64,000 nucleotides of DNA, taken from the NCBI GenBank assembly GCA_013239625.1, contig MU054033.1, positions 248,001 to 312,000 of the forward strand, given 5' to 3'. The notes under the pieces are model-generated. The model made no database searches, had not been told where the DNA came from, and saw only the letters and a program-made list of their open reading frames with translations. Both the position numbers and the translations under genes were made by a program. How positions within the stretch are numbered: the stretch's first letter is position 1; every line of letters begins with the position of its first letter. Origin of the DNA: Lama guanicoe (lineage: Eukaryota). This document shows positions 24,601-37,900 of the stretch, piece by piece.

Positions 24601-26619
24601 TAGATTTGTGAATGCACCGTGTCCCGCAGAGGGACGCCCTTCACACGCATTCCTGGGCTTGGCCAAGCCCAGCATCCAGTGCACGCGAGTCCGCAGGGCG
24701 GACCCGGGGGCCTGACTTCGAGTGGGGAGGGCCCGGTGTGCACAGCAGAGCGTGGGGGCGTGGAGATTTCACAGGCTTGTATCAGGTCCCCCTGCATTCA
24801 GTGCCCAGCTGCCACTTCCATGAGGCCCTGCCACCCGTTCCCCTTCCTGAGGACCCCTCTGGATCTGTGAGATGCCAGCATCGGTATCTCCTGCACGGCG
24901 CTCGTGACGATTCCAAGGAGCGTGTGATGTTGTCTGGCAGACGCACCTTCAGGAGACCTCCGTCTTCTCTTCTCCCGGGCACCGCGTGGCATTGCTGTGA
25001 GCTGACAGCTCGTTGTGGGAGACCTGCTGTCTAAGAGCCAGGCTGGGGAACCTGAGGGCAGCAGGGAAGAGGGGCCACAAGCTGGGAGGCTCTTAGAGGC
25101 GCTGCCATGAATCCAGCAGGTGCGGAATGTAGGGAACTCAGGAGACTGGGAAGCCTCGTGCATCGGGAGCTTGGCGGGTGTTCCACATCCAGACTTCCCC
25201 TGAGAACCTGACCTGAGTGAATGGAATCCGGTTGATTCATTGCCACCCTGCCGACGTGGGCCTTTGTGTATTTTCCCTCACCTTGTGATGCTGAGCGTTT
25301 TCAAGTACGCAAGAAAGTTGAAAGAACAGCAGACACACACAAACAGCCAGGTCCAGCAGCCGGTGATGTTAAGCCGCATCTCCTGATCTCGCTGCCGCCC
25401 ACACGCACATATTTTATGAAATTGTTTGCAGGCTGTGCTGTTCCCTCCCCGTGGGACTTTTTCAGCCGTTCCTGCACCTCAGACCTTTCTCGCCCCCGTG
25501 TCTGTTCTCCTGAGCTCGGCACACCCTTCGGTTCCTCTCGTGGAAGCTGGACTGACCCTGAGCCGTCCTGAGCACCCCACTCCCTGACCCTGTGCCCTTG
25601 GGCTGTGCCCTGCTGGACGGGCATCCCAGGAGACCCAAGAGCAGGTGCCACTGCGGGTGACCTGCATGAGAAGATGCACGTAGAGACCCTGGCCTGGCCC
25701 TCGGTGGGCAGCATGTGGGTCTCATTGTGTCCTGGGAGGTTTGGGCAGGTGGCCACTGTCTCCATGAAGACCGGTGGGTCGGCTGCATGGCTTCACAGGG
25801 TCTGCGTCTCAGTGCTGTCAGCTTCCTGCGTGTCCCTCCAGGGCACAAAAGCGTCTTGCAGGCAGCCAGGGCACCTCAATGCCATCCTGCTCTTGAGAAA
25901 ATCTCGAAGGGGGCCTGCGCCAGCCTGACCTGCCCTGGATCGTTCCCAGGGACTGAAGCCTCCAGTGCACTGGGCGACGGAACTTTGTTTCCTGACTGCT
26001 TGGGCCAGGATCTGGATGCCGTCTGTCTTGCCAGCCCGGCTCCGAGAGCCTGTATCGCGTGGCTGGGTGGAGTGGGGCTCCTTGGGTGATGGTGGGTATC
26101 CAGCTGCCCTCACCCCACCAGGCTGTCTCAGGACCAAGTGCACGTGTGCACGCGTGGTCCTCAGCCCTGGGCTGGCGTGGGAGACGCTGAGTAATGATGC
26201 CGGCCTTGCTGGTGTGGAGGCTGGAGTCCTTGCCGGAGATGGAGATGGGAGGGTCTTCCCAGCGGAGGGGTTTGTGTCCCAGACTGAGCGGCTGAGCCAA
26301 GCTTAGGCTGGAGGAGGTGGGAAACTGAAGGTCAGATCCAGGCAGGCCGGCCTGCGTCTGCGTGAGTGGAGTCGGGGGGCTGATCTGCACGTGGGCCGTG
26401 GAAGGTGGAGGGACAGGAGCTGGGACCAGAGGGTGGCGGCCAGACCTGCAGATGTCACCGAGGGGGCAGGTGCTGGGCGACCAGGCAGTGGGGGTGGAAG
26501 GGAGATCAGGATGTCAGGACAGTGCGGAAAGCAGGGCAGTGGCTCCAAGACGGAGGGGAAGCATTTAACTAACGGGGAAGCCGGGCAGTCGTAGCAAAGC
26601 AGGACGAGAGCCCGTCACG

Positions 26620-26982
26620 TGCCGTGTGGGTCCGCCCCGCACCCGCCTCGGACTGGGCAGCGTAAACAGCAGACGCGCGCTGTGTCACACGTCCGAGGTG
26701 ATGGCGTCGCAGGGGTGGCCTCTTCCGAGGCCTCTCCGCTGGGCCTGCAGGCGGCTCTCGTGTTCCTGCGCCTTCACAGCACCTTCCCTCCGGGTGTGCC
26801 TGTCTCCAGGTTTCCCCTGTTTGTCAGGACTCGGGTCATCTCGGACTGGGGCCCACCGTAATGACCTCATTCTAACTTGGTGACCTCTGTAAAGGCCCTC
26901 TCTCCAAACTGGGTCATCTTCTGAGATGCTGGGTGTTAGGACTTCATCGTGTGGGTTTGGGGGACACAGCTGAACCCAGACA
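26620..26982 (-). mobile_element. MLT1B-like MaLR solo LTR
   Basis: cttccgaggcctctcc...ggggcccaccgtaatgacctcattctaacttgg...tctccaaactgggtcatcttctgagatgctgggtgttaggacttca...gggggacacag. Confidence 0.8.
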
Positions 26983-28784
26983 CTTGGCCACCGAGTAACC
27001 CGTGGTGCCCACGTGGGTGTGAGTCGGGGCGGGTGGGGGGAAGGCAGCTTGGTGACGGACCCTCCCCGTGAACGGTTTGCAGCAGCTCCTTTGACTGTCA
27101 CTCTTGGGGACCCTGTTGAAGCCACCCTGCCCGTTCTCTGCTCTGGGCTGGGGACAGGACTGCCGGGCTCTTTCGGGGTCTCTGGGACCCCTCCCTGCAG
27201 TGAACTGTGGGCATTTCTCACCTGTAGCATGTTACACCATTCCCAGGGGAAACCTCCAAATTTGGTTTTTCTGACAATTTTCACCTGCTGTGGCCACACA
27301 CAAGCAGGTAAGCAGACAGTCCTCTTTTCCTGGATTAGCTGAACTGGGAGGCTGGGGGGACGGCTGCGTGGGTGTGGTTGGAATTTCCAAACTATTATTT
27401 CTTACTCTCTTATTGATAGGGTTTTTTTTGCGTAACTCTTAATACATGGCAACATCTAATCAAAACATGCACCTGACCCTGGTCCAAGGTCATCTCTGTT
27501 TAGAGCTCAACTCCCTTGTCAGTGACAGTGGTTTCTCTTCTGCTCCTCCCAGGGCGGATCCGCTGCGTGTTGCTCTGACAGGTGCCTCCACGTGGAGACA
27601 CAGCCCTCTCCCCCCTCCCACTGGCACCACCGTGTCTCGCCTCCTGGCTTTTCTTCTGTGTCCATGCTCTGAATGCCGAGGCCTGGGACCAGCACTGCTC
27701 CCTTCCTCAGGGGACCCTCACCGTCTTTTGGAAGCCGAGACCTCCAGGATCCGCATCTCTAGTGCAGACCCGATCACAGCAAGGGTTTCCGTTCCCTTTT
27801 GAGATTCCCCTTGGGGGCGTCCTGAGGTCGCCAGACCACTTCCCTAAAATTGCTTTTGCTGCCCATGATGGGGCACGCATAAATGCCAGGAGCCGGAGTC
27901 TGCGGACTGGAGAGGCTGGCCTCTGGGCTGGGAGGACAGAGACCTGTGGCATCCGGGCTTCTGTCTGGAGGGGGGGAGGGGGGAGGGAGGGGGTGTGGGC
28001 TTGGGGGTGGATTGCCAGGAGAGCCCAGGTCCAGTTTGAAGCTGGAGCGTTTGTGCAAAAACCCCAAGGGGAAAAATAATGAACATCCCAGCCCCGCTGC
28101 CCCCAGGTACCATGAGTGGCCCAGGGGTGTGAGCGTGATAGAGGCAGCCTTGCCGGAGCACCAGCTGCTCTACCCAGGGAGACAGAACCCCAGAGGACAG
28201 ACTCTGGGCGGAGGGGATCGTGGCAGCAGTGGCTCTGTGTGATCCCATCTGTGTGCAGCCCTTTCAAGTCTGTTCTGTCTTTTCGGTCCTGGCTGCGTGT
28301 CCTGGAATTTCCTGGGGTCCCAGGCCGAGAGGTTCTGATTTCATTGCTCTCTGTGGGGCTCTGGTATTGATCTTGCTCAAATTCCCCAGCTGATTGCAAG
28401 ATGCAGGCAGCCCTCCTCTGAGTGAATCCACTCCCCTGCCTTATCCACGAAGAAGCCGGGGCTCAGGCAGCTCAAGAACCCCTACTTGGTGGCTGGTGTA
28501 CTCGGGGCTCCTGACTTCCCGAAGGTGAGACGGTGGTGGTGAGCCTCTTACATTGGCGCCGAGATCAGGCACCGAGACCTAAGGATGAGAGCTGTCTTTT
28601 CGATCTTTCTTTTCCTTTTTACATAAAAATTAATAGGAATTTTGCATTCTCCTCTTTTCCATCTCCATGTTTGTTTTGGTGTTTGAAATCCCCATCCTCC
28701 AAATTTTGAGTTTGAAAAAACAACCCACTGTCTGGGAAGATAGGCTGGTTTACCCTGTGGCTCCTCGCTCCTCTTGCTCCCGAC

Positions 28785-28935
28785 ACAAACACAGGCACAC
28801 AGAGACACACACACAGGCAGTCAACACAGACATACGTATGCACATATACAAACATGGACGTGCACACAAACACAGACACACAGGGGGCATATACATATAG
28901 ACACTCAGACACACACACAGACAGACACACAGACT
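28785..28935. repeat. Degenerate (CA)-rich microsatellite
   Basis: cacaaacacaggcacacagagacacacacacagg...gacacacacacagacagacacacagac. Confidence 0.85.
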
Positions 28936-29723
28936 TCACTGCGCACCACCTCGGGGCCTCTCTGGGCAGAGGACGGGAGGCATGGCTGTTCTGTGTGTAT
29001 TGATGACCCTGTGAGATGCCCGGTGGGTGAAGGAATCAGATGCTTTGTGAGAAGATGGACAGTGACTGAGGCTTCAGTAATTGTTCTGTTCTGTGCTTTT
29101 TAAATTCTTGCTGCGATAAAGGCATAAACCATACTTCATCTGGGAAGTAAGCCCTGGGTCCTCCTCACCTCCCCAGCCCCCCAGCTCCCGGCCCCTCCCC
29201 CCACACCCACCCCTGCATGAGCAGAGCAGCAGCTGGCTGACGCCTCCCCCAGGCATGCCCCACCCCTCTGCCCCCTGGCCTGGTTGATTGCCCAGCGGCA
29301 GGCATTTCCCCGGAGCCAGACCACCAGGCTCCTTGCTGGAGTTGAGGCAGGGAAGGGGGGTGGTGATTACTGCAGCATGTGCTCGCACAAAGGTGTGGGA
29401 GCAGTGGGAGTCTGTTTTTTCCTTCAAGGAGCAGAAAGAGAGCAGCACCATCCTTGAAGAACGGAGATGAATGATGTCAGCACAGAGAAGGGCAGGAAGG
29501 AGAGGCAGACAGGAGATTCTGTAGGCCTAGAGGTCCTGTTTCCATCCTAGAGGACAGGATGCCCCGCTGGTCCCAGGTAGGGACCCCATCCAGGGTCGGC
29601 AAGTCAGAGTTTGCTGGAGTTGACTTGCATTGAGTTGGTGCATCTACTGCAAACAAGATCAAGTTCTCCTGGAGCTCCGGGCAGGGCAGTCGCCACTTCG
29701 GTTGGATTTTTGTGTTTCTAAGC

Positions 29724-30086
29724 TGTCCCGGTCCATTCAGCCTCCTGTAGTGAGACCCTGCAGATGGGGGTGCTTATAAACAGCGGGCATTTACTTCTCA
29801 CATTTCTGGGAGCTGGGAGTCTGAGACCAGGGTGCTGGCACGGTTGGGTTCTGATGAGGACCCTCTTCTGGGTCGCAGACTGCTGATTTCTGGCTGCACC
29901 CTTGCGGGGTGGGAGGGGCCAGGGAGCTCTGTAGGGATCTCTTTTCTAAGGGCACTAATGCCTTTGGGGGGCCCCACCCTCAGGACCTAAGCACCTCCCC
30001 AAAGGCCCCACCTCCTAAGACCGGCACTTGGAGGGTTAGGTTTCAGCACATGGATTTCGATGGGACAGAGGCATTCTGACCCTAGT
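29724..30086 (-). mobile_element. MLT1A/A0-like MaLR solo LTR
   Basis: gcttataaacagc...atttacttctcacatttctgggagctggg...ttttctaagggcactaat...cccaaaggccccacctcctaa...ggttaggtttcagcacatggattt. Confidence 0.85.
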
Positions 30087-33000
30087 GCGAGTCCACTGGG
30101 GCAAGTTGCTAAGTGCCCCTAAGTTCTGCCCTGTTCTTCCTTTTTCCTCCTGCATAAATTAGGGTTAAGTTTATCTCTAACCAGCGTAGGCAGTTGTTCC
30201 AGATCCTTCTACAGGAAGCCACGGGAGCTTCCTTTGTAACAGATTCTCCCTCCTCCTGCCCCAGAGAGCTCTGTTAGGAAGGAGTCTGGCTTTGAGCGCC
30301 ACCAGTGCCCAGGCAGGTGGGGTGGCCCAACTGGCAACGCCACGTTGAGGGTGCATGGCTGCGGTGGAGTCGAGGAAGGGGGCTCGTGGGCTGTGTGGCC
30401 TTTTGTTCCAGTTAAAGGCATTATGAGAGAGGCCAGGGCACGTGGAGTACAGTTAGGAAACGTTGAGTGTTTCTGCTTGATCTGAATGAAAGAAAGACAT
30501 TTAGCCGTGCATATCAAAGAACAGAGATCTGTCATCTTAAAAGGCCCTAATTTATAGTTACGTGACACAGATTTGAGTAATTAGAGGATTTGATCACCGG
30601 GCATGTGAAACCTTTACAAATGCTGGTCGCCGTTCCTGGAAAGAAGTCAAACTTTGAGACTGCTTGAGCGAGTCATGACTCTTTAAAGGTTGCCACAAGC
30701 TGAACTGATTTAGTTTGGCAGAAACTACAAAAACAAACATGGAGTGAAGGAAAACAAAGGCTCATGTGATCACAGCTCTGGCCCCAGAGAAAAGGAAATG
30801 CTCCATAAATTGCACCGCGGACCCGCGCGCCCAGCCGCCCTCTCCCCCACCTGATAATTTTAAGATCGGCTGGAACAGCTATAAACAAAAGCTGGAGACG
30901 CTGAAAGGGCCTCGCTGGCCCCTCTCCCCTCCCCCTGCTTTCTCTCCCCCCACTCCGTTAGCGGCCCCCTGGGCTTGGTTTCTTTCCGCTTTTACTCCCT
31001 AAGTAAATCTTCAGCGTGGTAGTTAAAAGTGGCCTTGACTTTTCCTCCGTTCCCATGGAGACCAGACTGGGCCTCCTCTGCTGGCCAGGACGGTCGCAGG
31101 ACCGCCAGATCCAGAGGAGAGACCAGGGTGCTGCATCTCTGGATGTCAGCGCCTGGACCCGGGGACCAAGGGAGGCCCCTCTTGGGGCTGGGCTGGCCCC
31201 TGCCAGGTGTGGAAAGGTGGGCTGGCAGATGCCAGGCCTCGAGCCCCTTTCTCGTGGAGCAGTCTCCTCTCGGATGTGTCCGCGTGCCCCGAGGCCACGG
31301 TTACGCTGGTCTTTGTGTGGCTCCGCTCATTTCCCGTGACCACGGGATCTCACCAGTTAGCCATAGGGCTGGCGTGGCCCTGCGGACGGCCCCCACGATC
31401 TCGCGACGCTCACTGTCCTGGATGGAACCTAGGGAGGCGGGGGAATGAAGCCACCTTGGTCTGCCTCCACTGCTGGGTCCAACATCGCCCCCTCTACTCC
31501 ACCTCAGTTGTGAAGTTGGCCAAGGCTGAGGCCAGGAGCCTCACCGGCCCGAGTTCCTGGGATGTGCTGCTCGTCCTGTTTGAAGTGGGGGTGGCCGCGC
31601 TCCCCGCTGCTTGACGGCGGGAATTGCCCGGAAGGCAGGCAGAACCGTGGGGCTCCCCCTCCCCGGGAATTTTGTACCTCTCCTTCAGAAATGACAGTGG
31701 CTTCCAGGTAATCCCAAAACATCGCTGGTCAGTTTGTCACCTTTGCAGGACAGCTCAGGTGACATCCGCTGAAAACAGTACAGTTTGCCAGTGAATGGCT
31801 CTAAGTATTTAAATATTCTCAAATCCCATTTATAGATGTCTTTTCCAAGCTGGGCCCCAAACCAGGAACAAGCGGTAAAGGAGCGCCCTCCTCTCTGGTG
31901 CACTTCTTTGCTTATTTCATGTTCAAATCCTCTGTGGGTCGTCCTGTCCTTTCCCTCGAAACACACAGAACCCACCGGTGCTGGAGGGGCGGCGAGACGG
32001 TAAACAGCTCAAAAGCAAACAGAGGGATCGCGCGTGGTGGTAACAGCTGTGAAGACAGTAACACGAGGGGGTGAGGCGGAGTGGTGGGGGGTGGGAGCCG
32101 GGGGAAGCCTGGGGAGGTGGGCACAGAGGGCCTGCCCGAGAAGGGGCTTCTGCGTGGAAGCCAGGCTGACAGAACCTGCGTCCACATCTTAGGGCAGGAG
32201 AGGGCTTGGGTGGACCAGGATCAGCAGGAAGGCCAGGTGGCTCCTCTGGAAGGAGGCGTCCAGGCCTGGCCAGGTGAGGACTGGCCTTTGCAGGGGGTGG
32301 TGAGGATCTGGGGCTTCAGCTGAAGTGGGAGGGGTGCCTCCTTGGGGGATCTGAAGTGATGAAGTGACATGATGGAGTTTACCTTTGGCAGGGACCCCTC
32401 TGGTTGCGTGCAGACAGGTGGTGGGTCACGGTGGTAGTGGAATGTGGAAGGGGGAGCCTGGCTGGAGACCAGAACAAGGGCGGTGGGGGCTGGTGTTAAT
32501 CTGCTTTGGGATCTGTGCTGGGGGCCAAGCTGCCTCCTGACCAAGCTGACCGCCAGGAGTTAGGGGAGGGTGGCGCAAGATGGTGACTGCTGTTTGCCTG
32601 GAGCTGCTGGATCCGAGGGGGGCTGTTTTGTGTTTATGGAGGAGGGCTTTCCGAGAGAGGGAAGCTGGGAGTTCTGCAAGGCTGTCCTCGTCAGTGGCAG
32701 AGAGTGGCCTTGGCAGCCCTTCCCCCGTTGCTGGTTGTTGCCTTCGCAGTGTTGTGGTTGTTGGGTTTTTGAAACTTACCTATCTGCCAGACGTCTGGGT
32801 GTCGCCTCGGGAGTTGGTAATTTCCTCCTAATCAATTAAAAAGGGCCTCCAGACCTACTCAGCATTGCAAAGTGGTCTTTTTTCCAAATTTCTCTGGCAT
32901 CCCATCAAATAGTTTTGGTTTGCAGAGAATTTACGCGAAGACCGTCAAGTCTGTTGAAGGCTGACAGTTGAGATGCTGTCACATTTTCCGTCAGAAATAC

Positions 33001-34689
33001 CCCTCGATCGCCAGCGGGCAATTTCTGAGCTAAGAACAGTATTTACACTGTTTATTTGAGGATTAGTGAAAATCCTGTAATTCTCTGTGACCCTGTCAAA
33101 GGCAAGAGGAGCTTGATTTAATGCCTCAGTCTTGAGCAAAATGCACTCATTTTACCTGTAAATATTTAATGTTCTCTTTAAAGCACCTTTTCTGACCCAT
33201 GGATTCTAATTGCCTTCAAGTTTATTTTTCAAACCATGTGATAACTTTTATTATGAATGAAAATGCCTGTGGTTTCTTCGCTACCGAGTGGGAGCCATGC
33301 TGCGCGGTCCTAACTGCTCATCAGAGAAAAATCACTCTATACATGCTGTGAATCTGTAATCCTGCATGTTGGAAGCCGTAGATCATTTGAGAATGTAATG
33401 CGTATCATTTATGGTGGAAAAGGGTCGTTGACATTATTGGATTTCCTTCTCGAAACGTAATCTACGTAACCATGAACTTTTTCTCCAACCCGTTATGTCA
33501 ACAGAACTTCCCGACTCATGAGAGAAGCACGTTGCTTACATTCTGTGATCTTGACTTGGAACCTTTATCATTTTTCTGCATCCTGTTTTTTGAGCAGGTG
33601 ATGGGGGGCAGTTTTGAAACCAGCAGAGCTCATGTTTGGACTCAGTTTTCTTTGTTTTGTGGTTTAAATGCCAAAGCCTGAGGTTCTTCTCTTGCAGCCG
33701 TGCTGTAGCTGAGTGTTAAGGAATAAACTCTGTCTTCCTGGGAGTTACTCTCCCTCCCCCGTTCAGATCCTTGAAAGGCAGGAAGGAACCCTGTTGTTCT
33801 GTCTTACAGAGAAGGAATTAGGAGCACTGACAGACGCTAAATCTCTGGGGAATTGAAATTAACTTTAAAAAAAAATGTGGTCCAAAGTACGGGTTTTGTT
33901 TTAATTTTCAGAAGTCAGTTTTTCAGTAGCGCTGCAGCTTCCCGGGGAGACCCCAAGAAGGTGACTAGCATCCTAGGGCGGCTGTCATGTCATGGCCCTC
34001 GGGCGGCCTCCCTGTTGTATCTGCAGGCCTGGTGTGCCCCTCTTGTCACCAGAGCGTGCACAGGGCCACGTTAGAGGCTCTCCGTTCTCTGGGTTGCTAA
34101 CCGAGCCGTTCTGTTGCCCTCCAGAGATGGAAGATGCCTTCCGCGACTAGAACGATGCCAAGGCTTCTTTTACTTGGATATTTTTTCCCCCTTGAATGTT
34201 TGTTTTCTTCTTGACAGAACATCTTGTTTTGCAACTTCTTTTCTTTTTGGAGAGAAAAATGCAGCACAATTCAGAATTACCATTGCGCCCCGGCAGTGCC
34301 CAGCAGGTCCTCAGATCCCTTGCCAGTGGATTCCCTGCTGTCCGAGGACATCCATTGTCTTAACTTCGGCCTGGGGAGGCCTCCCATTCCTGGGTCCTCC
34401 GCGCTCTCTCCTGAGAGCTGCGTGGTTATGATGGGACGTCTGTGTGAAGGGAGAGTCAGAAAGGTCTATTCCGAGAACTTTCCAGAGTGGGCCCTGGATT
34501 TGAGCGGAGTGTCACGGTGCAGCCTAGGGGATGGGGCCGCACGGAACCTTCTGGAAGGCTGCTCTGGGCTCCGGGGGCCGGGACGAGTTGGATTTCTGTG
34601 GTTGGATGTTTTCTGACACCCCTCTGCTGTGGGGTTCCCCCAGAAAGCAGGCCCACAATGGAGGCCTATTTACAATTCACAGAGCCCCC

Positions 34690-35700
34690 CCGCCACCCCT
34701 TACTCGCGTCATACTTTCCCTGCTGCCCGTTTATTTGGCTCCTGCAAGCATGTGGGTTCTGAGTGGTGTTCCACAGACGGCGAACCCACCCCGAGCCAGA
34801 CGCGCCGGCCCTAAACAGTCTGGTTACTGTTTAAACAGCCGGTGTAAATAGCGAGCCCCGTCCGTTACCGAGCGCATAAATACATTGAGACAAGTCGGAG
34901 TTCTGTCGAGGGAAAGTTTAGGTTATGAAGAAACGTGAACAGCCGGGGTTTGTAGGCCCTCGCAGAGCGAGGGGTGTGAGTGGTGCGGGCTGGGGTGAGC
35001 CGGCGTTCCGTTTGTGTGTATGTTGTCGTGGTGCCAGGAGCCCCGCTTTGTTATGTTTCCTTTGCTGAGAATTAATCTTCAGGGGCAGCACCTGCCAGAG
35101 GGGTTTTTTCCCGCCCCCCAAAGTGAACTTTGGACATTCGTATAGGTGGCTCGTGTTAACGAGGGTCCTGGCAGGGCCGGTCTGGGCACCACCGGCCACT
35201 GCGGGTGGGGGAGCGGCATCGGTTTGCTGCTCGAGTCCTGAAGGAGTAAGCGGAGGCCAGCCGCAGAGGCACGTGACTAAGGCGAACCGGACGGTAAGCG
35301 GACTGAAGGGTGAATTGGGGGCCCCAGCGCGCTCCGGGCACCGAGCCTAAGGTTTCGCTGCTCTGGGAGCGCGGGATGCTGGTCTCTACGTCAGCCCGGC
35401 TTTGGCAGGAGTTCTCTTGGTGAAAGGGTGGAGTGAAGGCCCCCTCTTCCTATTTTTTGGGCCAAGGAGGCCAAAAAATTGAGTAGATTGCTTAACGGGC
35501 AGAGACGGGTGAGGCCGGGAGTCCCTTGGGTGGGCGGGACTCTTGGGTGTTCTCCTCACCAACGGCCCAGGTCATGCATGCCCGGCTCCAAGCCAAGGCC
35601 CGTTCCGGAGGGCCCCAGGGTGCGAGACAGCCACCCACGTGTGTGTGCGCGCGTGTGACAGGCCACCCACGTGTGTGCCTGACCCTCGGAGGTGCCGACC
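34690..35700. promoter_or_regulatory. CpG-rich candidate internal promoter or enhancer
   Basis: Non-repeat CpG-rich block with clustered forkhead-type motifs, CACGTG E-boxes (35270, 35636, 35668) and donor-like GTAAGC at 35246 and 35294. Confidence 0.45.
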
Positions 35701-35765
35701 CTGCTTTATGTTTGGAAATAACATTTGTGTTGATCTTCACAGTCACCAGGAATGAGTGGATTAGC

Positions 35766-36099
35766 GTTTGTTTTTTTTTAATAGAAGTCTAGTCAGTTTA
35801 CAGTGTTACACTGTTGCTGGTGTACTGTTTCAGTCGCCCTTATACAGACGTATATTCGTGTTCATATTCTTTTTCATTCTAGGTGACTACAAGATACTCA
35901 ATATCCGTGCTAGACAGAAAAACCTTGTTGTTTATCTATTTTACATATAGTAGTTAGGATCTAAAAGTCTTGAACTCCCAGTTTATCCCTCCCCACCCCC
36001 GTTCCCACTGGTAACCATGAGATGGCTTACTGTGTCTGTGACTCTTTCTGTTTTGTAGATGAGTTCATTAGTGCCTTCTGTTTTCTTTTTTTTTATGTT
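35766..36099 (-). mobile_element. 5'-truncated camelid L1 3'UTR with TSD
   Basis: Poly-T tail followed by L1 3'UTR motifs. TSD agtggattagc at 35755-35765 and 36100-36110. Confidence 0.9.
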
Positions 36100-36290
36100 A
36101 GTGGATTAGCTTTTGAAGGCTCCCCTGATGCCCCGAATGCTCAACCTAGCCCGGGGGCGTGAGGGCATGTTTGTATTGAGGTTACGTGTTTGGGAAGATG
36201 GACCTGGTGAGATCAGGTGATCTCAGCCAGCTGTTGGCTAAATCTCTCGATTCTCTTCCCCATCTCCTCTTCCCGGAGGATGAAGGATGG

Positions 36291-36296
<6 letters not shown>

Positions 36297-36350
<54 letters not shown>
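36297..36350. repeat. Compound (CT)n(CA)n microsatellite
   Basis: Directly visible. Confidence 0.95.
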
Positions 36351-37539
36351 GCGGAGCTGAAGGGACTGTCTTGAGAAATAGGCACTGAGTGAACTGAATG
36401 CCAGGCCAGGCCAAACCACAGTCCAGAGTCGGAGGGAGGCAGGTGCCTGAGGGTGTGGGGACCCCCTGGCCCCAAGCCCTGTTCCAAAACGTGGTGCCTG
36501 GGGTTTCTTTGAAGCGGGTCTGGTAGACACAGGGGCAGGGAAATGACTGTGGTGAGGAGGGAAGTCTCTATCCTCCTGGATCCCTGGAGTCAGGAGTCGG
36601 GACAGGCAGGGCCACCCAGGGAAACACCAGGGCCGGTCAGGAGGCAGCGGGAGTGTGGGCAGGAGCTCTGATTGTGGTTTTCACAGGCAGCAGTGGGCGA
36701 GGCAGGGTGAGCAGGCTGTAAGCGGGTTTAGGGTGTGGAGGCTGTGCCAGGTGTCTGGTCCCGGCCCTGGGTGGTGAGGGTGGGTGTTGACGGTGTGAGA
36801 GCCTCGGCTGGTTTGTGCATTGGCTAGCCCGGGGCATGGGGGTGGGAGGGCAGTCCGTCCAGGGTCAGCAAGGCCCCAGATATCAGAAATGCAGACAATA
36901 AAAAAGAATGATTAACACAGCCCCTTCCTCCAGGAAGCCCCAGGTCTAGAAGGGCTGGAGGGAGGACCTGGGGGAAGCGGCCAGCTTTCCGCAGGGGCTG
37001 AACGCAGACCACCAGCCAGACCCAGTGGGGCCAGGCGCCCCCAGAGGGCATCCCAGGGCCAGCAGTCCCACCGTTCCCCAGGTGACTGCCCCATGGGGGA
37101 TGACTGGTAGGGGGTTAAAGGCCCTGCAGCGCTGGGAAGGGGGTTCTGTAGGGTCTTGGGGCTGTGTGGGTGCAGCGGATCAGCGTGTCCTGGTCCACCT
37201 TGAATTCCACACCAAAGCCACTGCCCCACCTCCCGAGTCCCCCCAGTCGCCCCTCCTTGGCCCCGAAGGCAAAACAGAAGGGGACTGCGTCTCTCCTGTT
37301 GGTCACCGCGCTGGGTTGAACTTCCCCAGCTCCTTGGTCCTGGATGCAAACCCACACGTGGTACTTCTGGGAGGAGGGCCGAGCGACCCGAGACACCCGC
37401 ATTGACACCGGCGGTCCTCACCTTCCCCGAGGCGCTGTCTGCGAGTTTGTGGGTTTTTTTTTTATGTGTTCCCCGCTCATGAGATGATAACCCCTTCATT
37501 CACAGTCTGCTGACTATTAAGTTGCCAGGTCAGAAGGAT

Positions 37540-37900
37540 GAGTGTGCAGGGATGTTCATTATAGCCTCACTTGTAACAGCAAAACAGCCGTGTGAAACAA
37601 AATGAATGCACGGCTCCAAGGGAAGAGCCGCACAAATCCTGGTGCGTTCACACCACGGACCATAAGCTGCTGCTGCAACAGCGGGGTGGAGCTCCGTCAG
37701 TATCTGATGCTTCTGGAAAAGAGAGTGGAAGGATGCTCACCAAGCTATGCAGTGCTTACCAGATTATCAAGAATGAAAATGCGTTCCAAGGAGAAGTCGA
37801 GATGTATCGGGGAGAGAGAGAATACATAAGTAGGCATATATGTTATCATAGAAATTCATTTTATTTGGATTATTAGATTTATTTATTGGATTTATCTGGC
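37540..37900 (+). mobile_element. Ancient L1ME-like 3' fragment
   Basis: gtgcagggatgttcattatagcctcacttgtaacagcaaaac... followed by degenerate L1 3' motifs. Confidence 0.5.

Noticed and set aside
27201..27313. Exon ending at CAG|GTAAGC (27307)
   Set aside because: The donor is good, but there are two mediocre competing acceptors and no other support. Such pseudo-exons are common in long introns.
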